Below are positions 7,911 to 16,913 of a stretch of DNA of 64,000 nt, piece by piece. Where the stretch lies: the NCBI GenBank assembly GCA_017548605.1, contig JAFYZT010000045.1, forward strand, positions 4,332-68,331. The letters are read 5' to 3'. A model generated the notes under the pieces. That model saw only the letters and a list, made by a program, of their open reading frames with translations. It searched no databases and was not told where the DNA came from. The first letter of the stretch is position 1; each line of letters starts with the position of its first letter. The stretch is from Prevotella sp. (lineage in GTDB: Bacteria; Bacteroidota; Bacteroidia; Bacteroidales; Bacteroidaceae). The position numbers were made by a program, and so were the translations under genes.

Positions 7911-10214
7911 TCATTTCACGAAAATTTTACGTCCTTTGTTGATGTAGATACCCTTTGCCGTCGGTTTGCCATTCAGCAAACGGCCGTCGAGCGTGTACCA
8001 GCCAGAGTCGAGGGTTGAGCATTCATCCGACCTGGGGTCAAGCGGAGAAGAGAAAGATTGCTGTGTGCTGATGCCTGTCGTTTCTTCGACAACAAAGTTG
8101 AACTCATTGGCGAAGGAGACCGTTTGAGGCACCCGCAGATAGGCCTTATAAGCAGGAATACGAATGTTGGAGGGGACATATTGGAAATTGACATGTTCCT
8201 TATTGTCAGAATCCTTGTATTTTGCCAATGCATAATAGATGTAGCCAGACTCCTGTTCGACCGCCGTTGTGCTGCCCAGCAATTGGTTGCCCGAGGTGGT
8301 GCCCTCGTCAATGCCATAATAGCCATCTTGGTATGTCAGGATGAACTTGGCACCTGTTTCTGATAAATGTGCTGATTCCCCATGTAAGATAACAGCCTGT
8401 CCCTGCGGAATGTACAGGCTTCCCGTATTCTTCACCATCACGTTGTCATCTTCTACTTTCGCCACATAAATATCGGGAGTGAAATCCAATTCCTCACCGT
8501 CAAGATAACTGGCAGTCAACGCCAGGCGGTCGTCACCTTCAATGGGCGGACAATAGAGAGAACTCCAGCATGTACCATCGCCGGGAGCCACAGCATTGAG
8601 AGCCATGTCGAAATCGGCATTCAGTTTGTCATGGTAATTCTTTCCCCAAGCCAGCAGGTTTGACACATTATCCACATGACAAGCAAGCGTTGTTTCGCTG
8701 TCGAAGTCATGCACATAACCATACCACTCCAGCGTCGTGGGATTAGGCTTCAGATTGAGTTCCTTGAGACTGGTGCAGCCCGTGAAAGCACCTCTTGAAT
8801 ATTGGGTGTCTTCACTACCGATGTATTTCACACTGGCGGGGATGGTCAGCGCGGTGGCATTTCTCTTGTCGGCCCTCAGGTTAGAACAGTTTAAGAAAGC
8901 AGATGCCTCGATGCGTTCCAACTTGTTGTTTAACTTCACGTAGTTCAAATGTGTGCATCCCTCAAACGCTACCTCACCTATCGTTTCCACATTGTCGGGA
9001 CAGGTAAAATTCTCCAAACTGGTGCAATAACTGAACATGCCCGTGGGAATCTCTTTTACTTCTGCTGGACAATATGTGAAGTATTTGAGTTTTGAGCAGT
9101 CGGCAAAAACGAAGGGCGCAAAGCCGATTTCCCCTTCTCTATAGAAGCGAATTGACTCAAGATTACTACAGTTGGAGAATGCCATGTATCCGATGTAATT
9201 CACGTTATTCATGATAGCGATGGAAGTGAGGGCATTGCATCCGCTGAAGGCACGACCACCGATGGTAATCAGATTCTCAGGCACGGAAACAGTAGATGGA
9301 GGAATTCCTATGTTTGACAAATTCACACAGCCACAAAACGCTTCAAAACCGATATACTCGACGGTGTTGGGGATTTCAATGGACTTCAAGTTCGTCATTC
9401 CACTAAAGGCAGCATCGCCAATACCTGTCAGCACGGCACCATCCAACATCTCAAATACAACATGTTCTATATTTTCTCTTTGATTGTTCCAGTAATGGTA
9501 GGCAGCATTGTCAGGCAGTTCCTTGGTTTTCATCCTGATCGTGAGCTTTTTCGTTTCACTATCGTAAGAAGCAACGATAGGCTTATCCATATCGTAACCG
9601 ACATAGTCATTCAGGTCGCCCAGAATCTTCAAACGTGACTTATTACTGCCCCACTGGATGTTCCAGGCAGAGTATAGAAGATCTTTAACATGAAGAACAG
9701 TTCGGTCAGAAAAGGCCACATCTGCACTTTCCCATGTCTCGAACGGCTGGGCACCGCAGAAGATGTCAGTCACGGCATTACAGCCCGTAAAGGCATCATC
9801 TCCGACAAAAAGACTGCTTGTGCCTGCAGAGATGGAGACGCGTTTGAGCGCATGAGCACCGTAGAAGGCATCTTCGCCAATGCTGGTCACATCCTCTCCA
9901 ATATAGACGGAATGTAGCGAGCGATAAGCGTTAATGCCCGAATAGAAGGCACAATCTCCGATATGGGTCACGCCATCGCCGATGACCACCACGGAAATCT
10001 TATCGTGATAATTGTACCAGGGGGCTGGATGGTTGTCATCATAGTCATCCATTATACCTGTATTTATTCCCGTAATTGTGAGAAGTCCATTGTCCAGTTT
10101 CCAGGCCACATCATCGCCAGCCTTGCCCTGTTCTGCCGCGGCACGTAGAACCGAGGTCATCAGTAGGACGGTCAGAATTGCCAACGTTTTATAATTTCTG
10201 ATTTTTAGTTCCAT
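7911..10214 (-). CDS. BspA-like leucine-rich-repeat surface protein with T9SS C-terminal sorting domain
   Basis: Repeated I-IP--V--IG--AF--C--L units, signal peptide from the Met at 10214, and a C-terminus GWYTLDGRLLNGKPTAKGIYINKGRKIFVK typical of Por/T9SS CTDs. Confidence 0.8.
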   Translation of the reverse strand: MELKIRNYKTLAILTVLLMTSVLRAAAEQGKAGDDVAWKLDNGLLTITGINTGIMDDYDDNHPAPWYNYHDKISVVVIGDGVTHIGDCAFYSGINAYRSLHSVYIGEDVTSIGEDAFYGAHALKRVSISAGTSSLFVGDDAFTGCNAVTDIFCGAQPFETWESADVAFSDRTVLHVKDLLYSAWNIQWGSNKSRLKILGDLNDYVGYDMDKPIVASYDSETKKLTIRMKTKELPDNAAYHYWNNQRENIEHVVFEMLDGAVLTGIGDAAFSGMTNLKSIEIPNTVEYIGFEAFCGCVNLSNIGIPPSTVSVPENLITIGGRAFSGCNALTSIAIMNNVNYIGYMAFSNCSNLESIRFYREGEIGFAPFVFADCSKLKYFTYCPAEVKEIPTGMFSYCTSLENFTCPDNVETIGEVAFEGCTHLNYVKLNNKLERIEASAFLNCSNLRADKRNATALTIPASVKYIGSEDTQYSRGAFTGCTSLKELNLKPNPTTLEWYGYVHDFDSETTLACHVDNVSNLLAWGKNYHDKLNADFDMALNAVAPGDGTCWSSLYCPPIEGDDRLALTASYLDGEELDFTPDIYVAKVEDDNVMVKNTGSLYIPQGQAVILHGESAHLSETGAKFILTYQDGYYGIDEGTTSGNQLLGSTTAVEQESGYIYYALAKYKDSDNKEHVNFQYVPSNIRIPAYKAYLRVPQTVSFANEFNFVVEETTGISTQQSFSSPLDPRSDECSTLDSGWYTLDGRLLNGKPTAKGIYINKGRKIFVK

Positions 10215-10529
10215 CATTATTTGATTATAGTTATTTTGAGCTATTTTTGTGTCCCGCATTTTCATTGCTTTTGACATTGCAAATATAAAAAGTGAAAAGA
10301 CGTATTACAACAGAATTTATTTTTTTCACTCAAAGTCTTTACGACAAATGTTGCTTTTCTACGTCAACCATTGTTTATCCTCAATAAATATGTCGCATCA
10401 GGCGCAAAAAAAGTATAAAAAACGTTGGATTTCAGAAACCTTTTTATATTTGTCATTATGAGCGATACCATGAGGCGTTACCATTCCAAAGATTTTACTC
10501 AGTAATTCCTGCCAGGGTTATGCCAAACA

Positions 10530-10566
10530 AATAAGTCCTGATGGAATCGTTTCATCAGGACTTATT
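10530..10566. terminator. bidirectional hairpin terminator
   Basis: 14-bp perfect stem AATAAGTCCTGATG/CATCAGGACTTATT with T-rich flanks on both strands. Lies downstream of the M6 protease gene. Confidence 0.6.
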
Positions 10567-10635
10567 ATTATCTTTTCAAAAAATGGAGGGCTTACTATTC
10601 TCTTGCCCCTTGCTCCTTGCCCCTTGCCCCTTTTT

Positions 10636-13131
10636 TTACCGTTTCAACACCTTCCTATAGGTGCCGTCGCTCATGCGGACGATGTTGATGCCACGGGCAA
10701 GACCATCCTGCTGACGACCGTCGATGCTGTAATAGCGTGTCATGCCGTCGTTATTGGCGATGAAGGGATGGCTGATGCCTGATGTCTCATCAGGTGTGCC
10801 GCCCAGGTTGTCCATACAGAAATAGCCGGGCGTGGTCATTCCGTACTCATTGCTGCGCGAACTGGTGACAGAGAATGTCAGGTCCTTCACCGTGCCCAAT
10901 TCGGCCAGGCTCACCCACTGCCAGCGGTCGATGTAATAGTGGTCGCTCTCCACCGGTGAACGGTAGTCGGCAAGGTACACCGATGTGGTGGCCTTTGTGT
11001 CGTCGGTACATGTGCCGGTGATGGTGAGCAGGCACCAGTCACCAGTCTGGAATGCACCGGGAGTCATGCCGTCACCCTCGGTGTAGGCCTTCACGTTGTT
11101 GGCGGTGTTGGTGACGTACATACCGCTGATTTCCTTGCCTGCGGGGTCGTTCACCTCGGCCTTCTCTCCGTAAGTGCTGGGGTAAACCACCGCATAGTTG
11201 GAGGAGCCGCTGTAGCCGCTGCCTACGCAACTGTGGTATTGGTCGTCGTAGCTGCTGAACTCGGTAGAGGTCTGGTTAGAGATGGCGTAGCCCGACCATG
11301 AACCCCACCCGGCGTTGTAAAGGGTGGTGAAGGTGAAACCACCGCTCTTCAGCAACACCTTGGTAACATCGGAGCCCCAAGCATCCTGCTCAGGTGTGCC
11401 TTCCATGCCGGCACCGTTGATATAGCTCTCTGGCTCCAAGGCGATATCCTCGAAGTGAGCCATGCCTTCGCTTGCCACGTCATTCACGAACTGCAAGGTG
11501 ATAACACCGTTGTTCTCCTCAATGTTGTACAGTCCTTTGTTCAGGCTTGTACCATTATACACCTTGAAGTTGGGCAGGTTGCTGGCCTCATCAACCATCG
11601 TCACGCCGCTGGTGCCGGGGAAGGGGTCGCCTGCCAACTGTGCATAGTAGATGGCATTTGTCACATTTTCTTCTTTGAGGTGTTTGTTGCTATAACACAC
11701 ACCGTCGGCAGGTACCACGGCCATGCGCGGATGACCAACTTCACTGTTCACGTGGTTCGAACTCAGTGAGAAAAGATTGGCATCATAGTCCACATGGTAC
11801 ACCAGCAGTCCGTTGCCTTTCTGGGCGGCGTTGAAATTGTACTTTTGTATATTCTCAATGATGAAATACTCCTTGTTGCTCGGGTCGTTGTCGTTGCGGA
11901 TACGGTAGGCCTTACCGCCGTCGTCATAACGCTTGAGCTCCAGGTCCTGGCTCTCGGTCAGATCCTCAATGGTTATCCACCCGAAGGCCTCACGCTCCCA
12001 GGCGGTATAGGCACAGGGATAGTTGCCGTTCGACAGGTAATTACCGTAGTCCATCACGCTCCACGTCTCCATCGACTGGTTGTCGGCCTTTTTCGAGGTA
12101 GGCACGGGGTAGAAGTCGGGAAGGCCCATGCAGTGTGAGAACTCATGCACGAACAGGCCTATGCCGTTGATGTGATTGTAGGGCTCTTTCGAATAAGCAC
12201 CGGGAAAACCGTTCAGTTCATTGTTCACACCATAACGGCTCACCGTCTTGCCGTCGAACAGACCGGCCGTCACCGTACCCGACTTGGGCCAGATGCATTC
12301 CACGCTGTTCTGGGCGAAACTCTGGCTGTAGCCGGCATAGATGACATACACCAGGTCCACCTTGCCGTCGTTGTTCGCGTCGTACTGCGAGAAGTCAATC
12401 TCGGCGTCCGCCTTCTGGCAGGCATGCTTGAGCAGGTCGTTCATGTTCTCCCCTGAGCCGTCGTGGTTGGGGTCCGTACTCTCCGAGCCGCCGTAGTACG
12501 ACAGGTTGTTGTCGAGGGTCACGGGACCGTAGATGTCGAACTGGGGGATGTACTGGCCGCCGCTCATGTTCTTGAAATAAAACGCCACACTGCTGATGTT
12601 GTCGCTCTCCTTATTGCCGAGGTCCTGGGGCTTGCTCATGCTGTTGAGGTACTGCTCGAACGAGGCTTTGGGGTCGGGCAGCGTGAAGGGCACGTCGGGA
12701 AACTCGACGAGGATGACCACGGCCTTCGGCGTGCCGGTATGCGGGAAGAGGGTGCTGCCGCTGATGGGCTCGCGCCTCTGCACGCGGCGCGGATACTCAC
12801 GCTCGGCGTAGTTCATGAAACGTCCCATGTCCTGGCAGCGCACCAGTTGCTGCTCCGCAGCACTGCGCAGCGCAGGCTCGTGTGCCAGCTGAGGCGTGGC
12901 ACGCAGCTCACCGTAGCCGCTTACTTCGGCCACGTAGTAGTCGGTGCCCACATGCACCAGCAATACACCGTCGGTGGTGGTATAGTAGTGGAAATCTTCA
13001 TCGCCATAGCCCAAAACGGTCAATTGGGTGCCGTCGCTCTGCGTAATCACCGCAGGTCCGGGATATACAGGAACGCCCCATGTCGTCAATGACATGAGTG
13101 CCACGATAATTGATGTAAAGAGTTTTTTCAT
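10636..13131 (-). CDS. M6-type (InhA-like) zinc metalloprotease fused to a DUF4465-like domain and a T9SS sorting domain
   Basis: Met at 13131 gives a signal peptide (MKKLFTSIIVALMSL). HExxH in VHEFSHCMGLPDFY. The C-terminal ~200 aa are clearly homologous to the C-terminal module of ORF 52850-58429 (GDGMTPGAF..., YYLADYR..., HYY-D-WQWV-L, SRSN-YG-TTP-YFC-D). Tail is RYYSIDGRQQDGLARGINIVRMSDGTYRKVLKR. Confidence 0.85.
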   Translation of the reverse strand: MKKLFTSIIVALMSLTTWGVPVYPGPAVITQSDGTQLTVLGYGDEDFHYYTTTDGVLLVHVGTDYYVAEVSGYGELRATPQLAHEPALRSAAEQQLVRCQDMGRFMNYAEREYPRRVQRREPISGSTLFPHTGTPKAVVILVEFPDVPFTLPDPKASFEQYLNSMSKPQDLGNKESDNISSVAFYFKNMSGGQYIPQFDIYGPVTLDNNLSYYGGSESTDPNHDGSGENMNDLLKHACQKADAEIDFSQYDANNDGKVDLVYVIYAGYSQSFAQNSVECIWPKSGTVTAGLFDGKTVSRYGVNNELNGFPGAYSKEPYNHINGIGLFVHEFSHCMGLPDFYPVPTSKKADNQSMETWSVMDYGNYLSNGNYPCAYTAWEREAFGWITIEDLTESQDLELKRYDDGGKAYRIRNDNDPSNKEYFIIENIQKYNFNAAQKGNGLLVYHVDYDANLFSLSSNHVNSEVGHPRMAVVPADGVCYSNKHLKEENVTNAIYYAQLAGDPFPGTSGVTMVDEASNLPNFKVYNGTSLNKGLYNIEENNGVITLQFVNDVASEGMAHFEDIALEPESYINGAGMEGTPEQDAWGSDVTKVLLKSGGFTFTTLYNAGWGSWSGYAISNQTSTEFSSYDDQYHSCVGSGYSGSSNYAVVYPSTYGEKAEVNDPAGKEISGMYVTNTANNVKAYTEGDGMTPGAFQTGDWCLLTITGTCTDDTKATTSVYLADYRSPVESDHYYIDRWQWVSLAELGTVKDLTFSVTSSRSNEYGMTTPGYFCMDNLGGTPDETSGISHPFIANNDGMTRYYSIDGRQQDGLARGINIVRMSDGTYRKVLKR

Positions 13132-13156
13132 ATTGTTGAGTTTTTGAGTTTCGTTA

Positions 13157-13945
13157 TCATGTTCTCTCCAAATGTTCAACGTAATAGTATTGTCCCTTTT
13201 TCCTCGTCCTGCGGCCATATTCGATGGCGTGATGGGGACAGTGGTGGTAGCAGGCGAAGCAACTGAGACACTGTCCGTCGTGCGACCACTGTGGATGCGC
13301 ATGGTCATCAATGCTGATGGTGTGCGTGGGGCATACTTTTTCACATCGCCCGCAACTAGTACAACGGTCGGCCACCACATGAAATGGTTTGTCTGTTACC
13401 AGATGTTTCACGAACACATGACCTATCACGCGACTGTTCACGCGGGGCCATCGTCCACGAACGATATGGTGCTCGTCCTGCACTCTGTCTTTGATGAGCC
13501 GGGCATATCGCTCCAGCGTGACTGCCGCTGCAGCCTTCTTCTCGTGTTCGCGTTCCGGCGTGTCCACATCCATGAAGGGAAGGCCGACATACGACTCGGG
13601 CATCAACAGCGAGTAGGTGCTGTTCACATGCACCCCCTGGGTCGCCAGGTCGTCACACATCATGTCCATGGCTTCGCCAACGGTGTCACCCGCGGTACAC
13701 AGTGTCCAACAGTGGTGCCCTGAGGCATTCTTAATGCGCAGATGTCCCACAAAGCGTCGCACCGACAGTGGTGGACGCCATCCGTGCACGGGAAAGCAGA
13801 AACCTAACCGCTCACCAGGTTCCAAGTCGTAGCAGACATCTTCAGTCTGACATGGAGACATGAAAACCAAACGCTCATCCAAGAAGGTGGACAAAAAGCG
13901 TGCGGCCCATCGTGTATTGCCTGTGCACGAAAAGTAGAATATCAC
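13157..13945 (-). CDS. EFR1-family ferredoxin (flavodoxin-like domain plus 2x[4Fe-4S] motif)
   Basis: N-terminus is MIFYFSCTGNTRWAA. Two cluster motifs are present, CTSCGRCEKVCP and CLSCFACYHHCP. Lies 25 nt upstream of the M6 protease gene. Confidence 0.8.
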   Translation of the reverse strand: MIFYFSCTGNTRWAARFLSTFLDERLVFMSPCQTEDVCYDLEPGERLGFCFPVHGWRPPLSVRRFVGHLRIKNASGHHCWTLCTAGDTVGEAMDMMCDDLATQGVHVNSTYSLLMPESYVGLPFMDVDTPEREHEKKAAAAVTLERYARLIKDRVQDEHHIVRGRWPRVNSRVIGHVFVKHLVTDKPFHVVADRCTSCGRCEKVCPTHTISIDDHAHPQWSHDGQCLSCFACYHHCPHHAIEYGRRTRKKGQYYYVEHLERT

Positions 13946-13948
13946 GCT

Positions 13949-13957
13949 GCAAAAATA
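13949..13957 (-). promoter_or_regulatory. Bacteroidota -7 box (TAttTTTGC) for EFR1/M6 operon
   Basis: Plus strand reads gcaaaaata, just upstream of start 13945. Confidence 0.5.
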
Positions 13958-14100
13958 ACAATATTTCTCTAACCTACAAAGAATTTGCGATGATTTGAAC
14001 CTTTGTTGTGCTTTTTAACGTCAAATTGTTGCCCAATTCAGAAAATTGACGTAATATTGCAAATTATTTTTCAAAACAGGAATTTATTTAGAAGAAAAAA

Positions 14101-14247
14101 GGAAGAATTAATAGGAAGTAAAATAGGACGTTAAGCACTTCGTGCTGGACAATAGCTTGGAAAAGGTAAAAGAGTAAAAGTCGTGGGCAGAGTATTGTCC
14201 ATTTTAACTCCCTCTTTAACTCCCATGAGCGAAGCGAATTAACTCCC
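14101..14247 (+). repeat. ~150-nt repeat, copy B (5' UTR of paaK-like gene)
   Basis: Same order of blocks as copy A (gttaagcacttcgtgc, ggacaatag...tattgtcc, catgagcgaagcgaattaactccc). Ends 17 nt before ATG 14265. Confidence 0.85.
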
Positions 14248-14264
14248 ATAAAACAATAAATAAA

Positions 14265-15593
14265 ATGGACATTTCCAACAACGAATATTGGCAGCCGGAA
14301 TTGGAGACGATGCCAAGGGAACAACTGAGAGAGTTACAGCTGAAGAAACTGAAAGAGACGGTGGCCAGATGCCTCCGCGCTCCTTTTTATAAGAAACGCC
14401 TGGGAGAGCTGGGCATAACGCCGGATAGTATCACGTCGCTCGACGACATACGGCGCATACCTTTCACGGTAAAGAACGACCTCCGTGAAGCCTATCCTTT
14501 CGGTCTCGTGGCTGGTTCCCTCGACGACGCCATCCGCATCCATTCCTCGTCAGGTACCACGGGACACCCCACAGTAGTGGCTTACAGTCGTCACGATATT
14601 GACTCGTGGGCCAATATGATTGCTCGCAGCATGTATATGGTGGGATGCCGTCCTTCAGACGTGTTCCAGAACAGCTCGGGTTATGGTATGTTCACTGGTG
14701 GTCTGGGCTTCCAGTATGGAGCTGAAAAGCTGGGATGTACTACCGTGCCGGCAGCTGCGGGAAACAGCAAGCGCCAAATCATGTTCATACGTGACTTCGG
14801 CACCACTTGTCTGCATGCCATCCCGTCGTATGCCATCCGACTGGCAGAGGTGTTCAAGGACGAGGGCATCGACCCGCGCACCACAAAGTTGCACACCCTC
14901 TTTATCGGTGCCGAACCGCATACGGAGGAACAGCGTCAGCGCATAGAACGTATGTTGGGCGTGAAGGCGTACAACTCGTTCGGTATGACGGAGATGAACG
15001 GTCCCGGCGTAGCATTCGAATGTAAATACCAGAAGGGCATGCACCTCTGGGAAGACAATTATTTCATCGAAATCGTCAATCCCGACACGCTCGAACCGGT
15101 GCCCGACGGTGAGGTGGGCGAGATGGTGCTCACCACCCTCGACCGCACCCTCATGCCTATCCTCAGGTACCGCACGCGCGACCTTACCCGCATCATTTCA
15201 GAGCCGTGTCCCTGCGGCCGTACCCACCGGCGCATTGACCGCATCCTCGGCCGTACTGACGACATGTTCATCATCAAGGGTGTGAATGTGTTCCCCATGC
15301 AGGTGGAGAAGATTCTGGTGCAGTTCCCCGGCTTGGCTTCCAACTATCTTATCACGCTCGATACCGTCGACGACAACGACATCATGACCGTGCAGGTGGA
15401 AGTGGACGACATTCCCACCGATATCTATCCCGACATGCAGAAGATGGTGCGTGACATCCAACGTGCTCTGAAAGATGAGATTCTCCTCACACCGAAGGTG
15501 AAACTGGTACAGAAAGGGTCGTTGCCCGTCAGCGAAGGCAAGGCTGTGAGGGTTCACGACAACCGCAACAACAAGGCTAAACCCATGGCATGA
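14265..15593 (+). CDS. paaK: phenylacetate-CoA ligase family (PaaK-like) adenylate-forming enzyme
   Basis: 442 aa with the AMP-binding motif SSGTTGHPTVVAYS, YNSFGMTE and a C-terminal ACT-like tail; typical PaaK architecture. Confidence 0.9.
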   Translation: MDISNNEYWQPELETMPREQLRELQLKKLKETVARCLRAPFYKKRLGELGITPDSITSLDDIRRIPFTVKNDLREAYPFGLVAGSLDDAIRIHSSSGTTGHPTVVAYSRHDIDSWANMIARSMYMVGCRPSDVFQNSSGYGMFTGGLGFQYGAEKLGCTTVPAAAGNSKRQIMFIRDFGTTCLHAIPSYAIRLAEVFKDEGIDPRTTKLHTLFIGAEPHTEEQRQRIERMLGVKAYNSFGMTEMNGPGVAFECKYQKGMHLWEDNYFIEIVNPDTLEPVPDGEVGEMVLTTLDRTLMPILRYRTRDLTRIISEPCPCGRTHRRIDRILGRTDDMFIIKGVNVFPMQVEKILVQFPGLASNYLITLDTVDDNDIMTVQVEVDDIPTDIYPDMQKMVRDIQRALKDEILLTPKVKLVQKGSLPVSEGKAVRVHDNRNNKAKPMA

Positions 15594-16243
15594 AAAGACA
15601 ACGAGGCATATCCGTGAAGACGATGCTCTGCGCCATACTCATGGCGTGGGGTGTGACTCTCATGGCTCCGGCACAGGACCAGCTGCGGCGGACTCTCATG
15701 AGTATGCCCGACAGCATTGTGCCATTCCTCAACCACAGCATGATGGGCGAACTGGTGGAGTTTGCCGGTCGTGGCGGTACGGCGGAGGTGAAAAATAAAC
15801 TCGACGGCATGACGTCGCTCGACACCCTTCTCAGCGACTACGCCGCGTTCACATTGACCAAGGTCGATAAGATGCACATCCTGTTGTTGCCACGTGCCGC
15901 CGAAGAGCCGGTTGTCTGTATGGTTCATTCCTGCTACGGGCCTGAACCGGAAAGCACCGTCAGTTTCTTTTCAACGGATTGGAAACGTCTGCCCAACGAA
16001 GAACTGCTCACTGCTGTGACCGTCGATGAGTTACTGCAAAGACCTGACACGATGACGATGGACCGCTTCCTTGAACTTCGCCGGCTCATTGATCCGTGCC
16101 TGGTTTTCGTTGACGTAATACCCCAAGAACGGGCTCTTGTCTTTTCCTTGTCAAAGCCTTTGTTGACGGAGGAAGACAAAAAAGCATTACATGCAGTAGT
16201 TGTGCAAAAAACTATTAAATGGAACGGAAACACTTTTAAATAG
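15590..16243 (+). CDS. DUF3256-like secreted protein
   Basis: 217 aa with a signal peptide and MPDSIVPFLN... and SFFSTDWKRL segments resembling Bacteroidota DUF3256. ATGA overlap with the paaK-like stop. Confidence 0.65.
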   Translation: MKRQRGISVKTMLCAILMAWGVTLMAPAQDQLRRTLMSMPDSIVPFLNHSMMGELVEFAGRGGTAEVKNKLDGMTSLDTLLSDYAAFTLTKVDKMHILLLPRAAEEPVVCMVHSCYGPEPESTVSFFSTDWKRLPNEELLTAVTVDELLQRPDTMTMDRFLELRRLIDPCLVFVDVIPQERALVFSLSKPLLTEEDKKALHAVVVQKTIKWNGNTFK

Positions 16244-16348
16244 TGTTAAATCATATACATTTCGGTGTATAATTATACGTACTTTGAAATTTAACGTGTA
16301 AATTTGCACCGTGTTTTTCATGGTATTAGATTATTAAGGTTAATTAAG

Positions 16349-16379
16349 ATTGGTTGTCGTGAGACAATCAATTTTTTTT
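16349..16379 (+). terminator. intrinsic terminator after DUF3256 gene
   Basis: 10-bp stem ATTGGTTGTC/GACAATCAAT (one G-U pair), GTGA loop, then a T8 run. Confidence 0.7.
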
Positions 16380-16435
16380 GTGCCCATTTTTCCCCGGAAA
16401 ACGAAGAAACTTTTATGCTTTATTAGCCCTTAGCC

Positions 16436-16518
16436 ACTATTGTCGCTATAAATTCTATAGCCTCTATTAATTCTATAGCTTCTATTAATACTATAGTCAC
16501 TATAGCCCCTATAAATCC
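16436..16518. repeat. CTATA word array (period ~9)
   Basis: cactattgtcgctataaattctatagcctctattaattctatagcttctattaatactatagtcactatagcccctataaa. Confidence 0.8.
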
Positions 16519-16541
16519 TACCAATTACTTCATTCTTTCAA

Positions 16542-16913
16542 TCAGAACGGATGCATAGGGCGGCGTAAGGCGCGAGTGCGCTGGCGGTTGGCCTGTTCCT
16601 TTAGTTGGAGCAGCAGGGTTTCGCTGCGCTTCTCGTAGGAAGGGGCGGCTTCGGGGTTTACCGTGAGCAGCCATCGCCATACGATACGTTCGGTGAGAAA
16701 ATCGACGAGTGTGTCGCGTGAGGGGCACCAACGAAGCCAGGGTCGGGCCTCTTCGAGGGCACTCAGGTAATAACGGGTGAGCAGTTCGTCGTCGTACTCG
16801 TTGGTGGCTATTCGTTCATAATGGTCGGGTATGTCTGTCGTCTGACGGCTGCCCTGATACGCGGTGGTCATTGCCACCTGACGCATCACTCTTTCTTTCA
16901 ATGGGTTTTTCAT
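16542..16913 (-). CDS. hypothetical protein, last gene of the leftward phage-like operon (possible head-tail connector; weak)
   Basis: 123-aa ORF. Its ATG overlaps the stop of the 896-aa ORF (ATGA at 16910-16913). No recognisable motif. Confidence 0.55.
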   Translation of the reverse strand: MKNPLKERVMRQVAMTTAYQGSRQTTDIPDHYERIATNEYDDELLTRYYLSALEEARPWLRWCPSRDTLVDFLTERIVWRWLLTVNPEAAPSYEKRSETLLLQLKEQANRQRTRALRRPMHPF

